Made by a program: the position numbers and the translations under genes. A stretch of 59,411 bases of DNA, from assembly GCA_041666505.1 (NCBI GenBank), contig JBAYGU010000002.1, positions 1 through 59,411 of the forward strand. The letters run 5' to 3'. The DNA is from Candidatus Buchananbacteria bacterium. GTDB taxonomy: Bacteria > Patescibacteriota > Patescibacteriia > 2-01-FULL-39-33. Shown here in pieces: positions 44,911-54,955 of this stretch (position 1 is the first letter of the stretch; every line of letters starts with the position of its first letter). The notes below the pieces were generated by a model. It did no database searches. It had not been told where the DNA came from and was given only the letters and a program-made list of their open reading frames with translations.

Positions 44911-45279
44911 ATGCCAAACTTTCAAAAATTGGTAAATTTACTCAAAAAAACAGGAGATAAGGCAGTAATTCTTGACGAAAGCGGCGAGCCGGGCTATGTC
45001 ATTATGACCGTCGCCGACTACGAAGATTTAATTTTGGGCAAATCTGGCGTCTCGGGCTTGACAGAAGTCGAACTTTTAGATAAAATAAATCGTGATATTG
45101 CAATTTGGAAAGACAACCAGGAATTAAGGGAACTCTCTGTGGATCAGTATAATTTCGCCAAGGATTTGGGAGATTATCTGCCGGAGGGAAACTTATCCAA
45201 TTTTAGCGATAATGATGGTAATAATCTGCCTAATATTATCGATGAGGATCGCTATTATTTCGAACCAGTTGAAGGCTAA
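44911..45279 (+). CDS. hypothetical protein, N-terminus Phd/YefM-like
   Basis: 122 aa. KAVILDESGEPGYVIMTVADYEDL resembles antitoxin-type N-termini, but no partner toxin gene is adjacent. Confidence 0.5.
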   Translation: MPNFQKLVNLLKKTGDKAVILDESGEPGYVIMTVADYEDLILGKSGVSGLTEVELLDKINRDIAIWKDNQELRELSVDQYNFAKDLGDYLPEGNLSNFSDNDGNNLPNIIDEDRYYFEPVEG

Positions 45280-45302
45280 TGGCTGATAATAATTGGCGGC
45301 AC

Positions 45303-45330
45303 TTGCTTTTTGTCTGTTTTGTGCTATAAT
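45303..45330 (+). promoter_or_regulatory. promoter upstream of tuf
   Basis: TTGCTT (45303-45308), a 16-nt spacer, then TGcTATAAT (-10 at 45325-45330). A leader hairpin lies at 45387-45424 (tgagttc...ccagcc-tag-ggctgg...gaactca). Confidence 0.55.
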
Positions 45331-45442
45331 GGGATAACTGTAAATGTAGTTTAATAAACAAATAATAATAAATAATAATTTAATTTTGAGTTCTGGGTAA
45401 AACCAGCCTAGGGCTGGGAACTCAATCAAAAGGAATAATACC

Positions 45443-46627
45443 ATGGCAGAACAATTCCAACGCACTAAGCCGCATGTAAACGTCGGCACAATCGGTCACG
45501 TTGACCACGGCAAAACCACTTTGACTGCGGCTATTTTGGCTACTTTGACTGCTCGCGGCTTTACAGCTCAGAGCAAATCAGTCGATCAGATCGACGCAGC
45601 TCCTTAAGAAAAAGCTCGCGGTATCACTATCGCTACAGCTCATGTAGAATATGAGACAGAAAAGAGGCACTATGCTCACGTTGACTGCCCAGGCCATGCT
45701 GATTATATCAAGAACATGATCACTGGCGCCGCTCAGATGGATGGTTCCATCTTGGTTGTTGCCGCTACTGACGGCCCGATGCCTCAGACTCGCGAACATA
45801 TCTTGCTCGCCAGACAGGTTGGCGTTCCTTACATCATCGTTTTCATCAACAAAGTTGATCAGGCTGATCCGGAAATGCTTGAATTAGTCGAAGGAGAAAT
45901 CCGCGACTTATTGACCAAGTATGAATATCCTGGCGACACTACTCCGATCATCAAGGGCTCCGCTTTGAAAGCCTTGCAGAATCCTGCAGGTCCGGACGGC
46001 GATTGCATTATGGAATTGATGAATGCCTTGGATACTTATATCCCGGAACCTCAGCGCGCTACCGATCAGCCTTTCATGATGCCTATTGAAGATGTCTTCT
46101 CAATCGAAGGACGCGGCACTGTTGTCACTGGCAGAATCGAACGCGGTATCATCAAATTGAACGAAGAAGTCGAACTTGTCGGTTTAAGGCCGACTGCTAA
46201 GACTGTAGTTACTGGTATCGAAATGTTTAACAAGAATTTGGATGAAGGCAGAGCAGGTGATAACGCAGGTTTACTCTTGCGCGGCATCAAGAAGGAAGAT
46301 GTCGAACGCGGCCAGGTTTTGGCTAAAGTCGGCTCTATCACTCCTCATGCTGAATTCGAAGCTGAAGTCTATATCTTGAGCAAGGAAGAAGGCGGACGCC
46401 ACAAACCTTTCTTCAAGGGTTACAAGCCTCAATTCTACGTCCGCACTACTGACGTAACAGGCGAGATCGAATTGCCGGAAGGATCAGAAATGGTCATGCC
46501 TGGCGATACCGTCAACCTGAAGATCAAATTGGGCAAGACTGTCGCTATCGAAGATAAGATGAAATTCACTATTCGTGAAGGCGGCCATACTGTCGGCGCC
46601 GGTGTCGTAACGAAGATCATTAAGTAA
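45443..46627 (+). CDS. tuf: elongation factor Tu, interrupted by an in-frame TAA at 45605-45607
   Basis: [27 protein letters not shown]...[13 protein letters not shown]...DCPGHADY continues in the same frame into the tracked ORF 45716..46627. The stop replaces the first Glu of the conserved [11 protein letters not shown] block (GAA to TAA). Confidence 0.85.
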
Positions 46628-46750
46628 GTTTTCATTATACTCAGCGGGGATAAGCGCGAACTTGTCTCCGCGACAGTGAAATGAAAAAACAGTCATTGCG
46701 TCTATCAAATCATAATTCTTAATCGTTAGACGGTAAGACACAAAGAATCT

Positions 46751-47086
46751 ATGGCAACTAAAACAGCAGCAGAAGGCAAATCCCATCAGCGAATCAGGAT
46801 TAAGCTTAAGGCCTACGACCACAAAATCATCGACAACTCAGCTCGCAAGATCATTGATTCTTGCCATCGCTTTGGCGTGAATGTCATCGGACCGGTGCCT
46901 TTGCCGACGGAAAAGCGCAAGTATACCGTCAACAAATCCACTTTCGTCCATAAGAATGCCAGAGATCAGTTCGAGATGAGAACGCACAAAAGATTGATAG
47001 ATATTATCGATCCGACAGCGCAGGTCGTCGACGCATTAATGGGCTTGTCTTTGCCAGCCGGTGTCAACATTGAAATAAAAATGTAA
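46751..47086 (+). CDS. rpsJ: 30S ribosomal protein S10
   Basis: [16 protein letters not shown]..., [11 protein letters not shown]. Confidence 0.97.
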   Translation: MATKTAAEGKSHQRIRIKLKAYDHKIIDNSARKIIDSCHRFGVNVIGPVPLPTEKRKYTVNKSTFVHKNARDQFEMRTHKRLIDIIDPTAQVVDALMGLSLPAGVNIEIKM

Positions 47087-47262
47087 ATTTAATAATAAAG
47101 ATTTTTTAAGAAAATAGAGAAAGATCCCGCGCCATAAAGAAGCTGATTGGGGAAAACCTCTATGAGTAGAAACGAATCTTTGAGGAATCGTATTCATTTG
47201 AACTACAACTTGATCACATAGAAGCAACGCCATATTTTTGGCGCTGCTAAATGTTATCCAAG

Positions 47263-47294
47263 CTCGGGTCATGAATGCGGACCGGAGTTTTTTT
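47263..47294 (+). terminator. terminator-like hairpin inside the rpsJ-rplC spacer
   Basis: ctcgggtc-atgaatgc-ggaccggag forms a GC-rich stem with two bulges, followed by a T7 run. Confidence 0.4.
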
Positions 47295-47323
47295 AATAGT
47301 AAATAGTAATTGTCTATATAGAT

Positions 47324-48049
47324 ATGAAGCTTATCCTAGGTAAAAAGTTAGAAATGACTCAAATCTTTCGTGAAGACGGCGCCGTTATCCCGGTTACCGC
47401 TGTTTTGGCTACTCCTAATGTCATTACGCAGATCAAATCGACTTCTGGCAAGGACGGCTATGATGCGGTGCAGATCGGCTATGGCGTAACAAAGAAGAAT
47501 GGCAAATCTAAAGCCGGGCATCTTAAGGACTTGGCCGCTGTCAGGACGATCAAAGAATTCCGAGTCGAAAAGGAAGATACTGCCAGCTTGAAACGCGGCG
47601 ACGAAGTTACTGTGTCTGTTTTTGTTCCTGGCGACGAAGTCAAAGTTACCGGAACATCGAAAGGCAAGGGTTTCCAAGGCGTCGTCAAGCGCCATAAATT
47701 CCACGGCGCGCCTAAGTCTCACGGCCATAAGGATCAGGAAAGAATGCCTGGTTCCATCGGTGCGGGCGGCGTGCAAAGGGTTTTCAAAGGCAAGAGAATG
47801 GCCGGCCATATGGGTGATGAGCAGGTTACTGTCTCCGGCCTGTCAGTCGTGGCCATTGATCCGGAAAAGAACATTCTCTATATCAAGGGCGCGATTCCCG
47901 GAGCGAGAAACGGCATGATCATGATTTACGGCAAAGGCGTAATGGAGATCAAAAAGCCGGAAGTCGTTGAGGAGGTTAAGGAAGAGGCAGTTGAGACTCC
48001 AGTTGAGGAAGTTAAAGAAGAGATAGCTGATATCGAAAATAAATTATAA
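47324..48049 (+). CDS. rplC: 50S ribosomal protein L3
   Basis: GKKLEMTQIF, KGKGFQGVVKRH; acidic C-terminal extension. Confidence 0.95.
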   Translation: MKLILGKKLEMTQIFREDGAVIPVTAVLATPNVITQIKSTSGKDGYDAVQIGYGVTKKNGKSKAGHLKDLAAVRTIKEFRVEKEDTASLKRGDEVTVSVFVPGDEVKVTGTSKGKGFQGVVKRHKFHGAPKSHGHKDQERMPGSIGAGGVQRVFKGKRMAGHMGDEQVTVSGLSVVAIDPEKNILYIKGAIPGARNGMIMIYGKGVMEIKKPEVVEEVKEEAVETPVEEVKEEIADIENKL

Positions 48050-48072
48050 TAATTATTAAATTATATCTCTCT

Positions 48073-48201
48073 CGTCATTCCAGAATTTTGATGTAATCGT
48101 CAAAATATCTGGAATCCAGGTTCGATTAGGATTAAGATTAGGATTAGGATTAACCTGGATCCCGGATATCCCAATGATTACATTGTGATTCCGGGATGAC
48201 G
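48073..48201. mobile_element. MITE-like palindromic element C (complete, two 50-nt arms)
   Basis: The left arm is cgtcattccagaattttgatgtaatcgtcaaaatatctggaatccaggtt. The centre is attagg-type hexamer repeats. The right arm aacctggatcccggatatcccaatgattacattgtgattccgggatgacg is the reverse complement of the family arm. Confidence 0.8.
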
Positions 48202-48244
48202 ATTAGAGGGTATTGAAGCATGAGTGAAAAAAAATAAAAAAGTT

Positions 48245-48973
48245 ATGAAATATCCAGTTTACAATAATAGCGGCGAACAGGTAAAAGACATTGAATTATC
48301 TAATAGATTATTTGCTGTCACGCCGAAAGCTGAAGTCGTCCATCAGGTCGTCTTGGCGCAGGAAGCGAATTCCCGCCAGGTTTTGGCTCATACCAAGACT
48401 CGCTCGGAAGTTTCCGGCGGCGGCAAGAAGCCATGGAAACAGAAAGGCACTGGCCGAGCTCGCCATGGTTCTACCCGTTCTCCTATCTGGGTCGGCGGCG
48501 GCATCACCTTCGGTCCTCGAAGCGATCGCAACTTCACGCAGAAGGTCAATAAGAAACAGAAGCAGTTGGCTTTGGCCATGTGTTTGTCAGACAAAGCAAA
48601 CGGCAAGACTCTGGTTCTCTTGGATAACTTATCCAATATGACCGGCAAAACCAAGGACTTGGGACTGTGGCTGGCTAATTTGAAGAGCAAGGTTTCTGGC
48701 ATGAAGGATAGCAAGAAAGTCTTATTGGTCATGGATGCTTCGGATGCCAAGCTGACAAAATCAGCCGCCAACCTCGGCAGCATTAAGACTATTTCCGCCA
48801 AAAGCTTGAATTGCGTCGACCTGTTGAAGGCCACTACGGTCATTGCCAGCGTCAAATCGATTGAAGAAATTGAAAAGCACTTCAAGAAGGTCAATGAAAA
48901 AAAAGCTGAAACCGGAGAAACTGCGAAGAAGGTCAAGAAGGTTGCAAAAAAAATAGTAAAAAAAGTTAAATAA
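48245..48973 (+). CDS. rplD: 50S ribosomal protein L4
   Basis: [16 protein letters not shown] prefer the ATG at 48245 because the tracked GTG at 48224 lies only 23 nt past the MITE. The protein has a Lys-rich C-terminal extension. Confidence 0.93.
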   Translation: MKYPVYNNSGEQVKDIELSNRLFAVTPKAEVVHQVVLAQEANSRQVLAHTKTRSEVSGGGKKPWKQKGTGRARHGSTRSPIWVGGGITFGPRSDRNFTQKVNKKQKQLALAMCLSDKANGKTLVLLDNLSNMTGKTKDLGLWLANLKSKVSGMKDSKKVLLVMDASDAKLTKSAANLGSIKTISAKSLNCVDLLKATTVIASVKSIEEIEKHFKKVNEKKAETGETAKKVKKVAKKIVKKVK

Positions 48974-48978
48974 TTAGT

Positions 48979-49383
48979 ATGGGATTATTTGATAAAAAAA
49001 CTGCGGCAGCAGAAGAAAAGAAAGCTAAGACTCCGATCAAGAAGGCGGAAAAAGTTGTTGTTGATAAAATCGACGCAGATGTGCCGGCCGGAAAGCAGGG
49101 AGTTTACGGCGTGCTTATTTCTCCGCTGATCACAGAAAAGTCCACTAAAGACGAGCAGCATGGCAAGTATGCTTTTGCCGTGACTATTGATGCGACAAAG
49201 AGCGAGATTATCAAAGCTGTGATGACTCGTTATGGAATTAAGCCGGTCAAAGTCAATGTTCTTAATCGCATGGGCAAGGTCAAGAGATTCGGCAAGAGCT
49301 GGGGCAAACGCAAGGATTGGCGCAAAGCCGTCATTACTTTGCCAAAGGGCAAATCGATTAATGTTTACGAAGCAGGAAAATAA
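48979..49383 (+). CDS. rplW: 50S ribosomal protein L23
   Basis: [28 protein letters not shown]-like core, with a ~45-aa N-terminal extension. Confidence 0.93.
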   Translation: MGLFDKKTAAAEEKKAKTPIKKAEKVVVDKIDADVPAGKQGVYGVLISPLITEKSTKDEQHGKYAFAVTIDATKSEIIKAVMTRYGIKPVKVNVLNRMGKVKRFGKSWGKRKDWRKAVITLPKGKSINVYEAGK

Positions 49384-49410
49384 TATTTAGATCATACAGA
49401 ACCAGAATAT

Positions 49411-50259
49411 ATGTCTATAAAGATATACAAACCAACGACTCCGGGCCGGCGCCAAACATCTGTTTTGGAAAGCCGCGACGTAACCGCTAAAGCTTCTCAG
49501 AAAAGCTTGATTAAGAGCGGCAAAAATATGGCCGGCCGCAACGCGCAAGGAAAAATTTCTGTCCGACACCAAGGCGGCGGCGCCAGAAAGAAAGTCCGTG
49601 TGATTGATTTCCGCCGCGATAAATTCGATATTCCAGCTACTGTCGCCGCTATCGAGTACGATCCGGGAAGGAACGGCCGCATCGCCTTGGTAAATTATGC
49701 CGATGGCGAAAAGAAATATATTCTGGCTCCGATTGATCTTAAGGTCGGCGACAAGATCATGAGCTCGAAATCAAAGATAGAATTCAAAACCGGCAATGCC
49801 ATGCCTTTGGTTCATATTCCTGCCGGCATGACCGTTTACAATATCGAAATGAATCCGGGACGCGGCGGCCAATTGGCCAGAGGCGCCGGCAATACCGTAG
49901 CCCTTATGGGTTTTGATCGCGGCTATGCCCAATTGAAGCTGCCTTCCGGCGAAGTCCGCCAGGTAGATGAGAATTGCTTAGCTACTATCGGCACTGTTTC
50001 CAATCCTGATTTCAAGAATATCCGTTGGGGCAAGGCAGGAAGAATGCGCCATCGCGGCATCCGTCCGACCGTTCGAGGCAAAGTTATGAACCCGGTTGAT
50101 CATCCGCATGGCGGTGGTGAGGGCCATAACCCGATCGGTATGAAGCATCCGAAGACCAAATGGGGCAAGAACGCTTATGGCGTCAAGACCAGAAAGAAAG
50201 GCCAAGCCAGTGATAAATTCATCATCAATAGAAGGCCGAAGAAGAAGAAAAGAAAATAA
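49411..50259 (+). CDS. rplB: 50S ribosomal protein L2
   Basis: MNPVDHPHGGGEG, GRRQTS. Confidence 0.97.
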   Translation: MSIKIYKPTTPGRRQTSVLESRDVTAKASQKSLIKSGKNMAGRNAQGKISVRHQGGGARKKVRVIDFRRDKFDIPATVAAIEYDPGRNGRIALVNYADGEKKYILAPIDLKVGDKIMSSKSKIEFKTGNAMPLVHIPAGMTVYNIEMNPGRGGQLARGAGNTVALMGFDRGYAQLKLPSGEVRQVDENCLATIGTVSNPDFKNIRWGKAGRMRHRGIRPTVRGKVMNPVDHPHGGGEGHNPIGMKHPKTKWGKNAYGVKTRKKGQASDKFIINRRPKKKKRK

Positions 50260-50264
50260 CAAAT

Positions 50265-50370
50265 AAAGATACGAATATACTAATTTACTAATGATACGAA
50301 TAGGTACGAATAATTTCAGAAAAAATTCGCAGCCATTAGTATCATTCGTACAATTCGTAGATTAGTATCA
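50265..50370 (+). repeat. ribosomal-operon intergenic repeat (R1), copy 1, rplB|rpsS
   Basis: aaagatacgaatatactaat...gaat...cattagtatcattcgtacaattcgtagattagtatca. The two halves are imperfectly complementary. Confidence 0.9.
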
Positions 50371-50382
50371 TATAACTAATTT

Positions 50383-50670
50383 ATGTCTAGAAGTTTAAAA
50401 AAGGGTCCTTACGTTGATGCCAGACTGCTCCAAAAGATACAGAAGCAGCCGAAGGGATCCAAAGCCGTTATCAAAACTTGGTCCAGAAACAGCGCGATTA
50501 CTCCTGAAATGGTCGGACTTACTTTCGGCGTGCACAACGGCAAGGAGCATATTCCGGTTTTTGTCGTCGAAAACATGGTCGGCCATAAGCTAGGCGAATT
50601 CTCACCGACACGTAAATTCTACAGGCATGGCGGCAAGATGCAGAAGACTATTGAGGCAACTAAAAAATAA
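50383..50670 (+). CDS. rpsS: 30S ribosomal protein S19
   Basis: [18 protein letters not shown]. Confidence 0.97.
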   Translation: MSRSLKKGPYVDARLLQKIQKQPKGSKAVIKTWSRNSAITPEMVGLTFGVHNGKEHIPVFVVENMVGHKLGEFSPTRKFYRHGGKMQKTIEATKK

Positions 50671-50674
50671 TTTT

Positions 50675-51193
50675 ATGCAAGTTATCGCAAGAGCAAAATA
50701 TGTCAGAATGTCCCCGCGCAAGGTTCGCTTAGTCGCCAACCTGATCAAGGGCATGGAAGTGGAAAAGGCCAAATGGCAATTGTCTTTCAATAAGAAGATC
50801 GCCTCTTTGCCTCTTCTCAAAATATTGGAATCGGCCATTGCCAATGCCGTGGAAAATTTTGATTTGGACAAAAATAACCTGATGATTAAAACCGTTACGG
50901 TCAATGAAGGTCCCGCCCTGAAGCGCTGGATGCCTCGCGCTCAAGGCCGAGCCACCCCGCTGCGCAAGATGACTTGCCATGTTGAATTGACTTTGGCGGA
51001 AATAGTCGCCTCCGGCAAGACGAAAAAAATCAAGAAAACTGATGATAGCGATATAATCAAAGTCGGCAGCGCCGAATTCGATGAGTTGAAGGAGATAAAT
51101 CAGAAAGCTGATGACAAGGGAGGCAAAAAAGTCGCCGCCAGCACTAAGGGCTTTGCTAGCAGAGTCTTAAATAGAAAAACCGGAAGCAAATAA
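50675..51193 (+). CDS. rplV: 50S ribosomal protein L22
   Basis: MQVIARAKYVRMSPRKVRLV. I take the start at 50675 rather than the tracked 50627, which overlaps rpsS. The protein has a C-terminal extension. Confidence 0.93.
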   Translation: MQVIARAKYVRMSPRKVRLVANLIKGMEVEKAKWQLSFNKKIASLPLLKILESAIANAVENFDLDKNNLMIKTVTVNEGPALKRWMPRAQGRATPLRKMTCHVELTLAEIVASGKTKKIKKTDDSDIIKVGSAEFDELKEINQKADDKGGKKVAASTKGFASRVLNRKTGSK

Positions 51194-51202
51194 CATACTC
51201 AT

Positions 51203-51886
51203 ATGGGTCAAAAAGTTAACGCCAAAGCATTCAGATTGAAAATCAATAAAACCTGGGACGCCAAATGGTTTACCGAGCTTGATTTTGCCGAATATTTGAT
51301 GCAGGACATGAAAATCAAGAAATATATCCGCACAAAATTCCGCAACTTGGGCATTTCCTCCGTGGAAATAGAGCGTTCAGCTGGCAGCGTCATCGTCAAT
51401 CTTTACGCCGCCAGACCGGGCTTGATTATCGGCCGCGGCGGATCAGGAGCAGAAGATCTGAAGAAAGAGCTGAAGGATAAATTCCTTAAGGATGCCTTTT
51501 CCCGCAAGCGCGCCATCAAAAACATCAATATCAATATTATCGAAGTGGCTAATCCGAATGTGGATTCCGCCGTCTTGATACAATCCATGGCGACCGATAT
51601 CGAGAAGCGCATTCCTTTCCGCCGCGTCGTCAAACAGACGATGGGACGGGCTGAGAAGGCCGGCGCCAAAGGCGTCAAGGTTATTATTTCCGGGCGCTTG
51701 GATGGCGCAGAAATCGCCAGACGCGAATTATTCCTTTATGGCAAAGTGCCGTTGCATACCTTGCGCGCCGATATTGATTATGCTCGCGGCGTCGCTCAGA
51801 CCATTTATGGCACGATCGGCATAAAAGTCTGGATTTATAAGGGAGATATTTTTGAAGATAAGAGGAAAGAGAATATAAAAGATTAA
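51203..51886 (+). CDS. rpsC: 30S ribosomal protein S3
   Basis: MGQKVNAKAFRL, GRLDGAEIAR. Confidence 0.97.
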   Translation: MGQKVNAKAFRLKINKTWDAKWFTELDFAEYLMQDMKIKKYIRTKFRNLGISSVEIERSAGSVIVNLYAARPGLIIGRGGSGAEDLKKELKDKFLKDAFSRKRAIKNININIIEVANPNVDSAVLIQSMATDIEKRIPFRRVVKQTMGRAEKAGAKGVKVIISGRLDGAEIARRELFLYGKVPLHTLRADIDYARGVAQTIYGTIGIKVWIYKGDIFEDKRKENIKD

Positions 51887-51990
51887 TTTAAAATTTTCAA
51901 TTTAGAATTTAAAATGAATTTAAAATTTTAAATGAACAATAATGACATTTTAAACTTTAAATTTTAAATTAAAAATTGATACTACATATA
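51887..51990. repeat. AT-only palindrome-like spacer, family copy d (rpsC|rplP)
   Basis: tttaaaattttcaatttagaatttaaaatg ... cattttaaactttaaattttaaattaaaaattg. The sequence is low-complexity, so family membership is less certain. Confidence 0.5.
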
Positions 51991-51992
51991 AT

Positions 51993-52403
51993 ATGTTAAT
52001 GCCTAAAAAGTTAAAACACAGAAAACAGCATCGCCCCGATGTTCGCCACAAAGGCGCCGCAACCAAGGGTAATTACTTAAGTTTCGGCAGTTACGGCTTG
52101 AAGGCCGTAACCGGCGGCTGGGTCAAGGCCCAACAGCTTGAGTCTGCGAGGCGCGTTATCGCTAAATATATCAAACGCGGCGGCAAGACCTGGATCCGTA
52201 TTTTCCCGCATGCTGCCATTACCAACAAGGGATCGCAGAGCACTATGGGCGGCGGAAAAGGCGCTCCGGAATATTATGTGGCAGTTGTCCGGCCGGGCAC
52301 GATCATTTTTGAGATCGACGGCGTGCCGGAAGATCAGGCTAGGGAAGCCATGGAGTTGGCAGCATACAAATTGCCGGTCCAAGCTAAATTCGTAAAGAAT
52401 TAA
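51993..52403 (+). CDS. rplP: 50S ribosomal protein L16
   Basis: MLMPKKLKHRKQHR..., MGGGKGAPEYYV. Confidence 0.97.
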   Translation: MLMPKKLKHRKQHRPDVRHKGAATKGNYLSFGSYGLKAVTGGWVKAQQLESARRVIAKYIKRGGKTWIRIFPHAAITNKGSQSTMGGGKGAPEYYVAVVRPGTIIFEIDGVPEDQAREAMELAAYKLPVQAKFVKN

Positions 52404-52537
52404 AGATACAAATATACTAATGGTACGAATGATACGAATAAATACTAATAATTTCAGAAAGAATTCGTAGTCATTAGTATCATTCGTACAATTAAGTCAT
52501 TAGTATCATTCGTACAATTATTAGTAGATTAGTATCA
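52402..52537 (+). repeat. R1 repeat, copy 2, rplP|rpmC (with internal duplication)
   Basis: It starts inside the rplP stop codon (tAAAGATAC). The block cattagtatcattcgtacaatt occurs twice. Confidence 0.9.
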
Positions 52538-52548
52538 AATTATATTAT

Positions 52549-52737
52549 ATGAATATCAAGGAATTACAATTAAAGGAAATCCCGGAGCTCAATCAATTGC
52601 TTAGCGCTGCCAAGAAGCAGCTGGGTGATTTAGGTTTCAAGGTCCATCAGGGCCAGCTTAAGAGCGTCAGGGAAATTCGCGTCATCAAAAAAGATGTTAC
52701 CCGCTTAATGACGGTAATCAACAGTAAAAAGAAATAA
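52549..52737 (+). CDS. rpmC: 50S ribosomal protein L29
   Basis: 62 aa with an L29-like helical hairpin (ELQLKEIPELNQLL..., IRVIKKDVTRL). Confidence 0.9.
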   Translation: MNIKELQLKEIPELNQLLSAAKKQLGDLGFKVHQGQLKSVREIRVIKKDVTRLMTVINSKKK

Positions 52738-52744
52738 TTATCAT

Positions 52745-52978
52745 ATGGAAAAGAAATTCAGAAAATTCAAGGGCACGGTCGTTTCCGATAAAATGGATAA
52801 GACTATCGTCGTCAAAGTCGAATCATTCAAGACGCACCCGAAATTGAAGAAGCGTTATCGCGTCGACAAGAAATACAAAGTCCATGATGAAAAGGGCCAG
52901 TATAAGATCGATGATGTCGTTGATTTCGTAGAGTGCCGGCCATTATCCAAAGATAAAAAATGGAGAGTTATTTACTAA
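52745..52978 (+). CDS. rpsQ: 30S ribosomal protein S17
   Basis: [31 protein letters not shown]. Confidence 0.95.
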   Translation: MEKKFRKFKGTVVSDKMDKTIVVKVESFKTHPKLKKRYRVDKKYKVHDEKGQYKIDDVVDFVECRPLSKDKKWRVIY

Positions 52979-52982
52979 ACAT

Positions 52983-53351
52983 ATGCTTCAACTAAGATCA
53001 ATCGTAAAATCAGCAGATAATACCGGAGCCAAGAGGCTTGCAGTCTTTAATGTGTCCGGCGGCTTTAAGAAACGCTATGGCCGCATCGGCGATATCGTTA
53101 CTTTGTCCGTCAAGGAAGCTGCGCCTCATTCCCAGGTCAAAAAAGGCGATGTAGTCAAGGGCGTAGTCGTTCGCACCCGGAAAGAAACCAGGCGCGCCGA
53201 CGGTTCTTACATCCGCTTTGATGATAATGCCGTCGTTCTGATCGACGCTAAAAAAGAAATGCGCGGCACCCGTATCTTCGGGCCTGTCGCCAGGGAATTA
53301 AGGAATCTGGGCTATCAAAAAATTATTTCTTTGGCGCCGGAAGTACTATAA
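52983..53351 (+). CDS. rplN: 50S ribosomal protein L14
   Basis: [27 protein letters not shown]. Confidence 0.97.
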   Translation: MLQLRSIVKSADNTGAKRLAVFNVSGGFKKRYGRIGDIVTLSVKEAAPHSQVKKGDVVKGVVVRTRKETRRADGSYIRFDDNAVVLIDAKKEMRGTRIFGPVARELRNLGYQKIISLAPEVL

Positions 53352-53352
53352 T

Positions 53353-53458
53353 AAAGATACGAATATACTAATTTACTAATGATACGAATAAATACTAATA
53401 ATTTCAGAAAGAATTCGCAGCCATTAGTATCATTCGTACAATTCGTAGATTAGTATCA
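53353..53458 (+). repeat. R1 repeat, copy 3, rplN|rplX
   Basis: Nearly identical to copy 1. Confidence 0.9.
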
Positions 53459-53469
53459 ATAATAATTAT

Positions 53470-53772
53470 ATGAAAATCAAAACAGGAGACAAAGTAATAA
53501 TGCTTGCCGGCAAGAATAAAGGTAAAACCGGCAAAGTGCTGCAGGTGATGACGCCAGACAAGGTGGTCATTGAGGGTTTGAATTTGCTGATCAAGCATCA
53601 GAAAGCCAGAAAAGGCGGCGAGAAGGGCCAGCGGATCCAGTTTCCGGCAGCCGTGCCTGTTTCTAAGGTTGCCTTAGTCTGCCCGAAGTGCGGCAAGGCC
53701 GCTCGTGTCGGCTTCAAGATCGAGGGTGATGCCAAATCAAGGATGTGCAAGAAGTGTTCAGAAACAATCTAA
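53470..53772 (+). CDS. rplX: 50S ribosomal protein L24
   Basis: MKIKTGDKVIMLAGKNKGKTGKVL; a CxxC...CxxC zinc-ribbon-like tail. Confidence 0.95.
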   Translation: MKIKTGDKVIMLAGKNKGKTGKVLQVMTPDKVVIEGLNLLIKHQKARKGGEKGQRIQFPAAVPVSKVALVCPKCGKAARVGFKIEGDAKSRMCKKCSETI

Positions 53773-53779
53773 TTATAAT

Positions 53780-54328
53780 ATGGAATCAAGATTACATAAA
53801 AAATACCAGAAAGAGGTCGTACCGGCTTTAAAAGAAAAATTCGGCTATAAGAACATCATGTCTGTGCCGAAAATTCTTAAGGTCACTATTAACGTCGGCA
53901 TAAATTCCAGAAATACCGATAGCGGTCTTCTCGATAATGTCGAAAACAACTTGCGCCGCATTACCGGCCAGAAACCAGTCCGCACCAAATCGCGAGCGGC
54001 TATCTCGGCCTTCAAGGTGAAGGAGAATATGGTAGTAGGTGTTGTTGTTACCTTAAGAGGCCAGAAGATGTACGACTTTTTGGACAAGCTGATAAATATT
54101 TCGTTGCCTCGTATCCGCGATTTTCGCGGCGTCTCGGCTGGAAATATCGATCAGCAAGGCAATATGTCGATCGGTTTCAAAGAGCATGTGGTGTTTCCTG
54201 AAATCCGCTCCGACGAAGTCGAACGGATACATGGCATGCAAGTGAATATCACGACCAATTCGAAAAGCCATGAAGAAGGAGAAGAATTGTTCCGCTTGCT
54301 GGGATTCCCGATGCAGAAAAAATCATAA
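53780..54328 (+). CDS. rplE: 50S ribosomal protein L5
   Basis: MESRLHKKYQKEVVPALKEKFGYKN. The ATG at 53780 is preferred over the tracked 53705, which overlaps rplX. Confidence 0.95.
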   Translation: MESRLHKKYQKEVVPALKEKFGYKNIMSVPKILKVTINVGINSRNTDSGLLDNVENNLRRITGQKPVRTKSRAAISAFKVKENMVVGVVVTLRGQKMYDFLDKLINISLPRIRDFRGVSAGNIDQQGNMSIGFKEHVVFPEIRSDEVERIHGMQVNITTNSKSHEEGEELFRLLGFPMQKKS

Positions 54329-54346
54329 TTGGATAACAATCAATAT

Positions 54347-54532
54347 ATGGCTACCGAAGCTCAAATCGCTAAATCAAAAAGAAAACCGAAATTTTCTACC
54401 CGAAAGGTCAATCGCTGCTGGCGCTGCGGACGCAGGCACGGCTACATGCGGGATTTTAAGTTGTGCCGCATTTGTTTCCGTGAACTTGCCACTGGCGGCC
54501 AGATTCCGGGCATCACTAAATCATCTTGGTAA
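54347..54532 (+). CDS. rpsN: 30S ribosomal protein S14 type Z
   Basis: 61 aa, [23 protein letters not shown]. The ATG at 54347 is preferred over the tracked TTG at 54329. Confidence 0.93.
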   Translation: MATEAQIAKSKRKPKFSTRKVNRCWRCGRRHGYMRDFKLCRICFRELATGGQIPGITKSSW

Positions 54533-54543
54533 ATAAATAAAAT

Positions 54544-54945
54544 ATGACAGATCCTATAGCAGACATGCTGACAAGAATCAGAAATGGCGCCAAAGCCAAA
54601 AAAGAAAAGGTATATTTGCCTTTCTCTAAATTGAAATTGGAATTGGCGAAAATCCTCAAACGCGAGGGGTACATTTCTGACATCATCGAAATCCAACCGG
54701 GCACCGAAGGATTCAAATTCGGCGGGCTTGAGATTGTCTTGAAATACGACGGCAAGACGCCTGTCATTTCCGGCATCAACAGGATTTCCAAATCAGGCCA
54801 GCGCCAGTATGTGAAGAAGGATGAGCTGCCAGTCGTTTTGAATAACTACGGCATTTCCATCTTATCCACCTCTCAAGGCTTAATGAGCAATAAGCAAGCG
54901 AAGAAGCTGGGTCTCGGCGGCGAAGTCTTGTGCGAAGTCTACTAA
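54544..54945 (+). CDS. rpsH: 30S ribosomal protein S8
   Basis: MTDPIADMLTRIRN, GGEVLCEVY. Confidence 0.97.
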   Translation: MTDPIADMLTRIRNGAKAKKEKVYLPFSKLKLELAKILKREGYISDIIEIQPGTEGFKFGGLEIVLKYDGKTPVISGINRISKSGQRQYVKKDELPVVLNNYGISILSTSQGLMSNKQAKKLGLGGEVLCEVY

Positions 54946-54955
54946 TACCACACAT

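Noticed and set aside
48123-48150. Short tandem attagg hexamers as a possible CRISPR or microsatellite locus
   Set aside because: There are only about 4-5 degenerate units, with no spacers, and they lie in the centre of a palindromic MITE. This is not a CRISPR array.
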